A stretch of 48,003 nt of DNA, filler included, from Jimgerdemannia flammicorona (GCA_003990765.1; 2 parts of 2 records of this genome joined end to end with filler, not necessarily neighbours in it), one strand, 5' to 3'. Numbered from the whole stretch's first letter, positions 1 to 13,260 are shown. The notes: generated from the sequence alone by a model not told the origin. Program-made: numbers and translations.

Positions 1-1175
1 TTTTTAACGGACTCTATGTCCTGCAGAATTTTATTGGAAGGGAACCTAGACTGTATAGGCCAAAACCCTCCCCCACCACCCACCAAGCACTGCTCCTCCA
101 TTAACCTAGGCTAGCTATTGTCCAGCAGCTCGACCATGCCAGGTGCAGCAGAGCAAAAAAGCCTGCACCTCATTCTGCACACCATGCTCTCCCTACCACC
201 AGGGAAAACCCAGCCATATGCCAATGACCAAAAGCGCACGCCCGAGAACCCAATGTATGTACAAGGCCATGCCCGAGCCAAATAAAATAGCCCCTGCCAC
301 CCCAAAGAGAATGACAGGCAAAGAAAAAACCATCATCAAAGCACAACACAGTGGGTAGGGCCTGGTTCTCCCAGTCAAGGTAAGTAAAGGACTTACATGT
401 GAGGCAGGAGGAAACCCCCAATACCCCACCACTCAAGCCTGCGGGCCTCGATCACGTTGCTATGTCAGCTCCCGGTTCCAGTTGAGTGCAGCCAAGATGC
501 CTGAAATGGGTAGCCTTGGGCCCCCCGACCCCCCCTGATGACTGGGGCCTCACCCCGCTACCTGCCAAAAGAAGCCGAGAGTGACACCTACCACCTAACC
601 GTGCCGCACCAATCAAAAGGCCCCACTGAAGCAGCACCTGCCCCAGCCCTGATGACTGCCCCCAGCCTGGCACCCTACTGGTCCACCATTATCGCCCTTC
701 CTCCTATCTGTGACGGCCATCTCCCCTCCCAACCTGACAACACCTGAAAAGCAGTCACCTATACCAGAACCGCACTCGCTGGGAAGCTCGCCAAAGCCAG
801 AGGGCCCCACCACAGACACTGAAGACCTGCAGGTAACCTATACTGGGCACTTGACGCCCAAGGTCAGCCGACTCCCTATGTAGCCTGAGATACACCAAGA
901 CAATACCTTGTTGGTGACAGCAAAAGGAAGAAGGTGCTACACCAAAACGGGTATACCCCAGATGCAGCTGAAGGCACCAGAATCTGTGAAAAAGTGGAGG
1001 AAGCACCGATCCGACACTGATAAAGTGGCAACTCAACACCATTGCCCTCCTCCCACCATGCCCCTACAGGCACAGCAAACCAACCCGAGGTAGAGGGGGT
1101 AATAATAGGGGAAAGGGGACTCAGAAGGTCGCCTATCAAACCTTGTGACCGGTAAGGTAGCAGAGAAAGGAGCTG
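1..1175 (-). mobile_element. Probable 5'-truncated non-LTR retroelement 3' fragment (different family) inserted into gypsy A1 leader
   Basis: Begins with a T-run at the window edge. The minus strand has AATAAA (30-35) and a GGAC-5nt-GTCC hairpin (9-21) just before the tail, the same layout as the LINE 3' ends here. The minus strand is G/T-rich with a CLTC motif and more CpG retained. Gypsy A sequence resumes abruptly at 1176 (matches 32323 onward). No RT/EN motif was recognised. Confidence 0.5.
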
Positions 1176-1821
1176 CTTCTTTACTCTTCTCAATAAGAGT
1201 TTTGTTAGCTCCACAAATCCAAGTGACCTAGGATAACTAGCAGCAGTCTTTCTAGCCTTAGTCTCTCATGAAGCCCAAGTCTCTGTAGCTAAGTGGCTCA
1301 ACTCTACCAACTTTCACCATACCAGGACCAAGACCGCACTATACTACCGATTCCAGAACAACAAGGCCTGCCATATTCTTAAAGAAGAAGTAAGAGAAAC
1401 CCTTCATCAACTACCTGACCCTGAACTAGAAGCAGGCCCTGCTATAGCCCTATCTGAATCTGAAACTAATACTGAACCTGAACTTGACTTTGAATTAAGT
1501 CCATCTGAAATCAGATATATAACTGATTCTGTCTACTTTGACACTGAGCAAACCCAATTATACAGGGACCAAACCAAAGAAGAGGAGGAGTATCTCAGTA
1601 AATTCAATCTCAGATACACCACCGAAGGAGATGCACCTCCATCAGGACAGAATACACCTACACAGCAACAAACAGCTATCTAATAAGCCCTTACTCCAAA
1701 CCCACAACTACTACTCCAGTAACTTATACAGACCCAAAGAACTCCATCACACTCTGCACCAGTATCTCAAGTAGTACCAGTAACACCACTACCAGCAGTC
1801 CAACTGTCTTAAGCAAACAAT

Positions 1822-4800
1822 ATGGTAAACCAACAGATTCTAGACCTCACAGCCCAGGTAGCCATAATGGCAGCAACCATTACTGCCTTAGCTAAACAGA
1901 CCTGACCTACCAAAAATCTGAGCCTATCTATCTTCAATAGTACTACACAAGAAGTCCAAAGCTTTATTAGTGTAGTTGATACCAACTTCAAAGCCAATCA
2001 ATGGACCAATGAGCAAGTTGCTGACTGCATTCTGACAAATAATCAAGACCACACTCTGGAACAACTCTTTGCTACCACTATAGCCTATGTCTGCCAAGTT
2101 ATTACATTCTTCTAAGGACCTGCCAAAGAATGGTGGCAAACCTTTTCTGAAAAACCCCTCATATGGGATACCTGACCTACAGTAGTTGCTCAGAATGCAG
2201 CAAATAATACCCCAGGGTATGGAGCCCATCCTGCAGCCCCTGGACTCAAACAACTCATGATTGCTCAATACCACAGTAAAACTATAATTGCTGAATCCCA
2301 AGTAAAACTCTGTAACCTCAAATTTGATATATATGGCAAAGAAGAATTTGAAACCTTCTGTACAAAACTTGAGTCACTCCTGAACACTGTTGGTCTAGGA
2401 TATATCACCAATGATGAAGCATGAAATAGTACAAGAGCAGACCATTTAATTGATGCACTGCCTGAATGGCTTATGAGAAAAATCCATGAACAAGGCTGCC
2501 CAGTCAGTTGTGATCACCAACAATGGTACCTAGTAAGAATCAAGACTATGGTCAAACAAATCCTAACAGCTGGACCAATTCTGCTCTGAAAACAATTCAA
2601 CAACAAGGAAAAGACTTGGACCAAGAAAGAAGAGTCCAAGCATGAGGCATCCCAAGCTCCCTCCACATCCACCTCATGGACACCCAGAAATCATAAACCC
2701 ACCCAGCCAAGTACCTTCAAGAAACTCACTAAAGGTAAAAGAAATGAACTTCAAAGAAGTGGAGCATGTTTCTATTACTGAAAGACAGGACATATGGCCA
2801 GTACCTGCCCCAACTGAAAACCCCAAACAGCAATACAAGCAACTGTTACTACTCTGCACCACCTCAATAACCTAACCACCAGAACACTAGACTTTGTCAA
2901 GTTAAGACAAACTGCTAAGGCCCCAATCAAAGGAAGTCAAAAGCAGCTAGATATGATCTGTATGCAGCTGAAGAAGCTACAGTTTCCAACTGAGAAGTCA
3001 AGCAAGTCTACATAAGAATTAGTATCCAAATTCCTGAAGGATATGTTGGAAGAATATGCTGTTACAGCAGCCTAGTATTGAAAGGACTCTCAGTAGAAGG
3101 AGGAGTCATTGATGAAGATTACACAGGTGAAATTATTATCCTCATCTGAAACCACAGTTGGATACCCTTCAAGATCTCTATTGGTTTCTGCATTGTCCAG
3201 ATTCTATTCAAAAAAATCAAATCAACCCTGACAGTCAAGGAAGTCTCTGAACTACTGCCCACCATCCGAGAATCCAAAGGATTTGGCTCATCAAACAAGG
3301 CCCCAGCCCAATCTACTATGAACAAAGAAGAACAATTCTACAAGAAAATTGAAGATAGATATGTACCAAGTGGCTGATGCCCCCATGGTATTGGAATGTA
3401 CTCTTCCTGAATGATTGATAATTGCTTCTCTTGTGTCAATGAACTGGCTCAAAGAAGAACCAACAGAAGGAAAGCTCCTACAACTGAAATCACCACCATT
3501 GGATCAGACAAACTGCTTATACTTAAAGCTTTTATCAACTAAGCACCTGTCAAGATTATGATAGACAGTGGTGCCTCAGGCAACTTCATCAATGAAGAAA
3601 CAGCCAACAGACTTAAGGTCTTCACCTCTCTGGTACAACAAATCCAAGCAGTTACCACAGCTAATGGAACCTCACATGTCATCAGCAAGGAAGTCTGCAA
3701 CCTACTCTTCCGAATTAGAGACTACTGAGTACATGTTACCCTCTAAATTGTACTACTTCCTGATAATGAAATCATTCTTGGAACTCCATGGCTGAAACAA
3801 GAGAACCCCATGATCAATTGGGTAAACCATTCTCTGACTATTAAGAAAGGATACCACAACTTCAAACTGCAAGGTAAAAAGGACCCACTCAGTTCTAGTA
3901 ACTCTGGACCAAAGATCACCCACATCAACAAGCTCCAACTTAAGAAATTGGCCAAGAAATACCCTCTCTTTACTATCTCCATCCACCTATTCAAAGAAGA
4001 ACCTGAGAACTCTGAAGAAGATTTTTCCAAAGTTGACAGCCATATCAGACCACTACTTCAGAAATTCTGAGACATATTCCCGAAGAAGCTCCTGAAAGGC
4101 CTACCTCCTAAATAAGCAGTAGACCATACAATCAAGACTATTCCAGATGTCAAGCCAGTCTTCAAGTCAATCTACTACATGTCTCTAAGAGAAATCGATG
4201 CACTTAAGATAGAAATCGACAAACTCCTAGAATAAGGATTCATCAGATCCAGTGTATCACCCTATGGTGCACCAGTCCTCTTTGTTGTAAAGAAAAGAGG
4301 AGACCTGAGAATGTGCATTGATTACCATGATCTCAATGAACAGACCATCAAGAACTGTTGCCCACTACTGAGGATCGATGAAATATTCAATAGACTCACC
4401 AACCCACAATTCATGAGCTCTTTCGATCTGTAAAATAGTTATTAGCAAATTGCTATGAAAGAAGAAGACATCTACAAGATAGCTTTCCAAACTCGCTATG
4501 GACACTTTGAGTTCCTGATTATGTCCTTTGGCTTAACTAATGCTCCAGTAACCTTTCAGATACTGATGAATACTATTCTGTATCCATACCTGGACAAATT
4601 TATTGTTGTCTATATTGACAATATCCTAGTCTTCAGCAAAACTCTAAAGGAACATCTCAAACACCTTGAACTAGTACTACTGAAACTCTGAGAAAACTGA
4701 CTCTTTGCAAAACTCAGCAAATGCAAATTTCTCCTAAAAGAAATCCAATTCCTTGAACATATTATCATGCCAAATAGAATTAAAGTAGACCTCAGCAAAA

Positions 4801-6935
4801 TCTCTGCAATCAAAGATTGGTCCAGACCCAAGAAGCTGAAAGACCTCCAGTCATTCCTGGGGTTAGCAAACTATTACAGGCGATTTGTTGCCAACTTTGC
4901 TAAAATCGCTACCACTCTCACCCAAATGATCAAGCATAGCAAGAAACAAGAACAACCCTAGACCACAAAACAAGAGAAAGACTTCAACAATCTTGTAAAT
5001 TGGGGATCCAAGCAAGATACTATCTTTCAAGTACTGAAAGATGCTCTGATAACCACTTCAGTACTTCAAGCGGCAAATTCTGCCCTACTATATGAAGTTA
5101 TTACTAATGTCTCTGACCTAGCTCTTGGAGCAGTACTCATGCAAGAAGGACACCCTGTGCTCCCATAAGTTCAATGATGCTGAAATTAACTATGCAACCC
5201 ATGAGAAGGAAATGCTAGCCATCATAGATACTCTGATCAAATAGTGACCATACCTAGAAGGAGCACACTTCACTATATTGACTGACCACAAGTTACTAGT
5301 CAACATCAAGACACAGGCTACCCTTTCTCGAAAGCAAGCCAGATGGATGAAAGTCCTCACCAACTTTGACTATAAAATTCAGTATTGTCCTGGCAAAGAA
5401 AATATTGTTGCCAATGTAATCTTCAGACCACCAATTGAAGAAGTTATCCAAACCCTCACCTTGGTTACAAACTCCATCATGGAACAAATTATCACAGTAT
5501 GTGCTAATAATAAGGAAGCTCAAGCACTCCAAGAAATCCTGAAAAATAATGATACTGACAAGCATACCTGGTACAACCAATACCAACTCAAGGATAATGC
5601 TATCTACTACAAGGACAGATTATATGTCCCAAACAACCAAGACCTCTGAAGGACTATCCTATTCAAATGTCATGATGCCCCTACAGCTGGATATTTAGGA
5701 TTTGATAAATATTATGAAGTTATCTCCTGAAACTTCTATTGACTCTATATAGCAGACCAGCTCAAGACCTACATCACTTTCTGTAATGCCTGCCAATGGA
5801 ATAAGTCCTCAACACTAGCAAAACCTGGCCAACTCCACCCTATTCCAGTACCATCTGCTAATTAGGAACAAATCTCTATGAACTTCATTATACAACTACT
5901 CTAAACTAAGAATGGGAAAGATGCAATTGTTGTCTTTGTAGATTATCTCAACAAACAAGCTCACTTTGTACTAACTATCACTACTGCAACAGCACCAGAT
6001 ATAGCTATACTCTTGTTTGATAATATTTTCCACTATTACAGTCTTCCTAAGATCATTGTTAGTGACCAAGACCCAAAATTCACCAGCCATTTTTGGAAAG
6101 CCCTCTATGCATACCTTGGAATAAAACTTGTACTATCTACAGCTTTTTACCCTGAAACTGATGGCCAAACTGAAAGAATGAACTAAACTCTGGAACAAAT
6201 ACTAAGGAACTACAATTTTTACAGACAAGATGATTGGTATGAACACCTCACTACAGTTGAGTTTGCCTATAACAACAGCAAGCAAGCCTCTCTTGGAATA
6301 ACTCCATTCTTCACCAACACTGAACAAAATCCAAACACCCCTTTGACACCACTGAAGAACTCTCCACAGTTGAAGCTATTGAAGAATTCCTACTCCAAAT
6401 GCATAATCTGAGCCAGATCGCAATTGAGAATTTATTGCGAGCTCAAGAACAACAGTCACAGTATGTTAACCAACACTACTGAGAAGAAACCTTTGATATT
6501 GGAGAAAAAGTTCTACTAGACATCCAAGGGTATCGAGTAGACAACCTGAAGCACAGACCATCTATGAAGATGAACAGCAAGTTCATTGGACCATTTGAAG
6601 TCATCACACAAGTCTCTCTAACTTCCTACAAATTGGTGCTACTAAACACTATTAAGATTCACCCAGTCTTTAATGTCCAATATCTCAAGTGATACAATGA
6701 AAACAATAATGAACTATTCCCAAACTGAACTACCAAACCACCTATACCTGTCATTATTAATGACCAAGAAGAGTACAAAGTTGAACAGATCCTCAACAAA
6801 TATGGCCACAAGAATCACCCAGAATACCTTGTCAAATGGAAAGGTTACCCAATCCATAATGCAACCTGGGAACCCAAGACCAATCTCCAGAATACTACTG
6901 ACTTAGTTCAGGAATATAATTCCTTGAACAACTGA
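1822..6935 (+). pseudogene. Degenerate Gag-dUTPase-Pol polyprotein of A1
   Basis: MVNQQILDL start; [79 protein letters not shown]. Many C->T stops and a few small indels. Confidence 0.93.
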
Positions 6936-7188
6936 AATCTGAATACTCCAATACTATCAGTACATACTATATATTACCCTCCTGAACATTATAATTATCA
7001 TGAACAAAACCAAGAATGCAGCAAGTCAAGAATACTGACCCTCTAGAAAAATAGCAAAACTGAAAGTCAGCCTATTCTCTCCATACCACTGGTAGGAAAC
7101 AAGGCATAGATATTTAAGAAGATTCCTTAGAGGAAATTCTCCAGCAGTGAATGACATCAGAATCACTTCTGGTGTATGGCATTGAATA

Positions 7189-7225
<37 letters not shown>

Positions 7226-7284
7226 GTCCCTTGGACTCCATCTTTATTACTAGTCTATGAATAAGTATACAATATCACCACCTA

Positions 7285-10200
7285 CTAACCAATCTCCATC
7301 GGGGGGCCCCACCCCACCTCCTCACATATAAAGACCACCCTCTCACTAACAACTCCAACTCTCCCACCACTCTGACTACAGATTTTCACCACTAAGCGGC
7401 GCCTCCGACCCCCCTGCAGCCCCCAACCAAGCCACCAGCCCGTCAAGGTATCCTCCATAAGGAACTGCCACCTTGCTAACTGGCTCTCCAAGCTTTGTCG
7501 CTTCTCCTCCTCAAATACAAATAGCCAGTGGCTGGCCAGCCCAATCCAAATAGCCAACACCCAGCCTAGCATAGTCCACTCTTCCTCTACCCCTCCTATC
7601 AATCGATCCCTCAGGTCCTCCCACCTCCCCTATACATCATCACCCCTACGCCTTACCCCTAAGCGGTCCCCAATGGCCTGCCAAAAGTCTCTCAACACCT
7701 CACACTCCCCTAGCCAATGTTCCGGTATCTGTACCAATCCTCCTTTCTGCCCTACTTTATGGCACTCCTCGCAGTCAAAGCAGCCCCCGACAACAAGGTG
7801 TCCTGAGTAGAAGTTAAGCATTACATTCCTCCTCAGCACATGCCACCAGACTATCCAGTACTTCGGCAGCATCCAATTTTTCACTATGGCACTCCAGGTC
7901 CAAACCCCATGCCAGTCCCACTCCTCACCAATTCCAACTCCTTGCCAACCACTAGGCCACAGATCCTGGCCTGGTCCCCTTTGGCATTCAATGCCATCAC
8001 TAATGTTGAACTCTAGTAAAGGCATGCCTCCCAGAAGAATGCTATCCCATCTCCACATCACCGGGCCCCAAGCCCTCTCCCCCTCATCCTCTTACCAGTA
8101 AATACCAATGCAGTGTGCCCCCTCAGCTATACCCCACCAGAAGCCTTTATATCTCAGTTGCGTAGTGTTCTGAAGCCCAACTAATGAAAGAAGATCACCT
8201 GTCAAGCCTCTAGGCGATGTCCTCTCCTCCCATATCTTCTGCAGCAAGGAGACCCAGCTCCCTCCATACAACTCTACTGCCCTCCTCAGCCACCAAGCCC
8301 GCAAGCAGTGTAGTCTTTTGGGGAAGTCCACCAGCCCAAGACCACCTCTTGTCACTGGTAGGGACATAGTCTCCCAACCAATCTGACTCCATCTACCAGC
8401 CCAAATCCATCCCTTGGCCATCTTCACCAATCTCTTCACCACCCAGGCTGGGAAGTCCAGATGATAGGCCAAATATCACAGCTTCGGCAGCCAGTAAACA
8501 TTCAAAATCGAGATCCTTCCTACCAGAGAGAAGTGTCTACCTCCCCAACCCCACAGGTCCTCCTCCCAAATTCCAATCCTCTGCTCCCACCACAGCCTGG
8601 GCAAAACAGACCCATAGATCGACAAATAGATGCCCAAGTACCGCACTGCCTCTCCAGTGGGGACAATTGTTCCAATAACTTCTCCGCCCACCAAGCCATT
8701 GCCCAGCATCATTGTTTCACACTTGTGCTAATTCAGCTTTGTCCCAGAGTTTGCCTCATACTACTCCACTGTCTTCTGGAGCTCCTCGACATCTGCAGTC
8801 ACCCTCAAACCAACCACCATGTCATCCGCAAAGGCTCCAACCTTCCAGCCAACTCCATAAATAGAGAGCCCCACAATCCTCCGCCAAATCCTGTCCATGT
8901 GAGGTTCCAAGGAAAGAGCATACAAAATGGGGGACAGTGGGTCCCCCTGGAGCACTCCCCTACCCAGAGGGAAAGCCACCCCTCGATGCCCATTGCACAC
9001 AAGTGCAGCCCTACTCCTTTCCAGTAGGCTGACCATCGCCAACCGAAATGGGGCTAGAACTCCAATTCTATCTAATACTTTCGCCAGCCAGACTTGCCGT
9101 ACCTGGTCATAAGCCTTCTCCTGATCCAAGAAGACAAGACGCCCATCTAGTCTACAGGCTCAAGTACCTTCAATAACTCCATGTACCCAGGCCATGCCGT
9201 CTCTAATGAGCCGACCCTCTATGAAGCCCCGCTGTTCAATACCCACAATTTGCTGGGCCACCTTCTGTAGCCTTGTAACCACCACCTTAGTCACCAACTT
9301 CCTGTCCATATCTAGCAACATTATCAGCCACCAGTTCTTCCAATCCTCTCGCCTTCTCTTGTTCTTATAAAGCAGCATTACCAGCCCAAGATCTTGCTCC
9401 CCCACCCATCTCCCTGACTGCAATATAGAGTCACATAGTGCTGTCAACTCCCCCAATATGCCCGGGACTCCAACCATTCGCTTCCAGAAATCCCAGGGGA
9501 GGCCATCCTCCCCAGGCGCCATACCTAAGGCTGTCGCGGCAAGAACCTGGTAGATCTCATCCTCCTTTACTGGCATCATCAGGTCACCTAGTCCCTCGGC
9601 TTGTGGTGGGTGCCAATCTTCTAATGTTTGGTCAATGGCTGTAGCATCTGCCCCACCCTCCTCCTCACTCCACAATCCACTCTATCGTGCCTTCAGTGTT
9701 CCAAGGATGTCCTGTACACCATGCACTAGTATATCATCTGAGTCAAGTACCACTTCCCACCGCTGCTGTACCCTTCTTGCTCGAAGTATCCTTGTGAGAA
9801 ACTTGGAAGGCCTCTCCCCTTCCTCCACCCCCTGCCAATGAAGCCATGCCACCAGGCCTTGCACCCTTGACTCTTTCTCTTCCCACAGCACCTGTTGCAG
9901 TTCTCCAACCTCCATCCTCACCCTCGCTATTCTCCAATTCTCTTCTCCCTCCACTGCAGCCAGTCTCGCCCACTCCTCCAGGAGCCTAGCCAATCTAGTA
10001 GAAGCCCAATGCACTTTCTACCTTTGCTGCTTCCCAGCCACTCTGCCAACCTCACTCCAATACATCCTGGCCATCTCTTTCATCCTCATCCACCGAACCC
10101 CAATCATGGCCCCTTCCTGCCACCAATTCGCCATTTTCAGCTGAATGTCTTTTGCCCACTCCTCCCACCGGACCTCATCATCCAACAAGGAGGAATTCAG

Positions 10201-10941
10201 GCACTAATGTCCAGGCCCATCTCTACTTCCCCCAAAACACCCCTGTCCCAAGAGGCCCCAGTGATCTGACCATGGACACCATTCTACCTCTATCACCTTC
10301 CAGACATCGTGGCCCCAACAGTTGGCCATCAGAATCCAGTCAATCCTTGTCCCCAGACCTCCAGCCCAATGTGTATAAACTCCCCTGTCCCCCCAGTGCT
10401 CTCTACCAGCATCCACCAGTGCTCCTAGCCTTTCAACCTCCTCCCACGTCACCAACCCCCCACTCCTGCTCTCCGCACCCTGTCCTCCATCAGTTCTATC
10501 CAGCCGTACATCTCGAACCATATTGAAATCTCCTCCAAGCATATCCAACCCAGCTTCAGCAAGGATCCCACTCTCCAGGAGCCCTTTCACCCAATCCACA
10601 TACTCCCCCCGCACCACAGGGCAGTAACAGGAGCCAACTGTGACTGGCTCCCAACCTGCTCGAATCTACTCACCCCAGACCAGTCTCTCCCCCCAGCTCC
10701 TCACATCCTTTATCTCCCCTCTGCCTTTCCGAACCAGGATCTCAACCTTGCTGTTCCAAATCACCATACCACCCCACTCCTTAGTCCATTCCATCCTATC
10801 AGCGTCATCCTCACACCTGATATCCTGCAAGAGGAAGAGATTGGCCTCCAATCCCTTCAACCAAAGAAAAATGTTCCTGCGTCTAACTATACCCCTTAGC
10901 CCATTCACATTCAAAGAAAAAATGTTGGTTGTACTATTCAT
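7285..10941 (-). pseudogene. LINE ORF2 (APE endonuclease - RT - C-terminal Cys/His knuckle), ~1218 codons
   Basis: SLNVNGL, GGDFN, RIDW, SDH; PGEDG, DQEKAYD, QGDPLSP, AFADD; CEEC..HWLGEC. All track fragments from 10941 to 7602 share one frame. Confidence 0.95.
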
Positions 10942-10971
10942 AATAAAATACAGTTTGTTCTCAATTAATCC

Positions 10972-13002
10972 CTACTGCTCCATGCCCCTCTCCTCCTGTG
11001 CCATGTCCAGATTATGTTCAGCCATCACCTCCTCCTCTTCAGCCCTCTGAGCCTCCAGTCCAGCCAACAGCTCATTCATCTCCTCATCAGCCTTCTCCTC
11101 AAACTCCTCACAGTACTCGATGCAAGCCTCCTGCCAAAGTTGCAACCCATGATGCCTGTTCCAACAGTACTCAGCCTTCTCCCCAGCGACCACTGCCAAC
11201 TCCGCCTCCCTCTCCTTATTCACCTCACACTCTTCCTCCTCCAGGTACACCGCGAGAATTTCTGCCTTCAGTGCCATCGCCACTCCTTCCCCCTGCAAAA
11301 TTCTCATCCAGTGCTCATCACCCATCCCACACAAGTCCACCTCCCCCAGCTCTTCTGCTGCTAGGTTATTCATCATCTGGCACATCCAAAGTAGGTTCCC
11401 CACCTCCTTTCCACCAGGGGTCACCGGCCTCCCTCCATCCAGCATCATGGTGTCCGCTCCTGCACTCATGTCCTCATCCCACACCTCTGGGACATCCACC
11501 AGTTTCTCCTCTCCTGCCGCCACTACTTGGTCCCCATCCAATACCTCCAGAATGCTGAATTTCACCTGCTGGGTTCCCAGCATCGTCACGTCCTCCCCTG
11601 GCTTATTCCTGGAAGCTGGGCCATGCCTGATTAGAGAGAAAGGGGTGGGGGAGTTCTCCCAGCCATCATCCCAAATCTCCAAGGTGCCGTCAGCATATAG
11701 GTCTCTAATCTCCACCTCCTTAGCCTTTCCTGACCCTGCCCCTTCGTTCCCACTCCTCTCGCCAGCCCAGACACTCGCTCCGGCCCCTTCTGTACCTATC
11801 TTCATGCTCGCATCCTTCTGATGTCCACCCCCCAGCTTAGCCAGCAAATCCTTCTGCCTCTTCTGCCTCTGAGCCCTTTCTCACTGCACCTTGTCCACTT
11901 GAATCCTCTTTCCATCCACCACCTCCAGGAGCGTCGACTCCTCGAAAGTCTTTCAGGCCTTAGCTCGCCATTCCACAGCCCCACCCAGCTCCTCCAGCAC
12001 TTCCAATAAATCTTCCTCCTCTTCTTCACTTCCTTTCACCCACGTCACCTTACACAGGAAAGCCCCCCAGACCAGCACCGACGGCCAGTCCCTCGTCTTC
12101 CCGGTAGCCTCTTTCCCAGCCAGCCGAATCCTCACATCCACATCCCCAGTCCTGAGTGTGGTCCCTTCCCAGACCCTGAATCCGATATCCACCACCTCTC
12201 CATACTCTGCCATGACATCCTCCACTCTCTTCCTCATCTCCATCACCATCACTGTGGGTACTCCTTTCACCAGCAGTTGGACCACCCTCAGATCCCATTT
12301 CAAATACCTCGCCATCAGAACATACACCTCCCCAACTACTAACCCAACCTTCAGTGCCTCCTCCAGTGGTTCCACCTCCTCAAATCCCACCTCCACCCCC
12401 TCCAGTCCCTTCAGAAACTTCACTGAAACTGCTCCTGCCACCTGCTTAGCGATAAGCCCCAACACCATTTTTGCCATCACTGCTAAGCCCCGGAAGCACA
12501 GCATGACTGCGAATGCCAAGATCGACTTCTTGAGTAACGGAGCCACCACCAGTCCCATTACACCATCCACCAGGTCCCCAGGCCTCGTGCCCTTTCCACT
12601 GCTTGGCTCAACATCAGCAGTCCCATCTAGATTTTTTTCCAGATCACCCATCACACCCCCATCAGCAGTCCCCGCCCCAGCCGCTACCCCCCCAGCTCCA
12701 CTCCTATGGCCCTCCAGAGAGGCACCCCCAAGAGGTTGCTGCCTGGAAGCTGTCACCGATACCTTCCCCCCTCTCAGCCAGCTCTCCAGTCCAGCTCCCT
12801 GTCAACCCCCCTTCACCTTCTCCACAAAGCTCACTCTGCCAGACCCTTGACCTCCAGCTCCACCCCCTCTTCCACTGCTGCCCCCTGCCAGCAGGCCCCT
12901 CATACTTCCCCCCAAGCCGGGGCCTCTCCCCACTTGCTGCCATTCAAATGCTCCAGGGCCACCCTGCCCAGTACGTACCTCCAGATGCTCGTTGGTCGCC
13001 AT
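10972..13002 (-). pseudogene. LINE ORF1, ~677 codons (RRM-like middle, acidic helical C-terminus)
   Basis: Track fragments starting 13002, 12756 and 11847 are in one frame separated by stops. The EYGEVVD..RTGDVDVRIRL segment resembles L1/Tx1 ORF1 RRM regions. Lies directly upstream of ORF2. Confidence 0.8.
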
Positions 13003-13260
13003 GATACTAGTAGCTTTTCTCCAGAAACTGTGTCGAAAGTGTTGCCAAAGGGTTGTGTAACCTGAATGTTACTGAAGAAAGATGGGGAGACTTTGGCATT
13101 GAATACATGACCCTTTAACATGTGAATCCAATACATTAGGCAACTATACTATGAGTATGCTACTTTCTGAAAAAATGGACTTTACTGGATTTTTGACCTC
13201 CCAAATGGTATAATAACACTAGAACAAAATTAGAAGGCCCTGATGAGGACATCAAAAGCT

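Larger units (their letters stand above)
7192..13093 (-). mobile_element. Full-length L1/Tx1-like LINE copy L1
   Basis: Poly(T) at 7191-7222; exact 15-bp TSD TGGCATTGAATACAT at 7177-7191 and 13094-13108; the empty site is visible in copy A2 near 38345; ORF1 and ORF2 are present. Confidence 0.96.

Noticed and set aside
1822..6935. Recurrent in-frame TGA in gypsy and LINE ORFs as a variant genetic code
   Set aside because: Sister copies show CGA or CAA at many of the same codons, and Arg fits the conserved motifs; CpG decay explains it.
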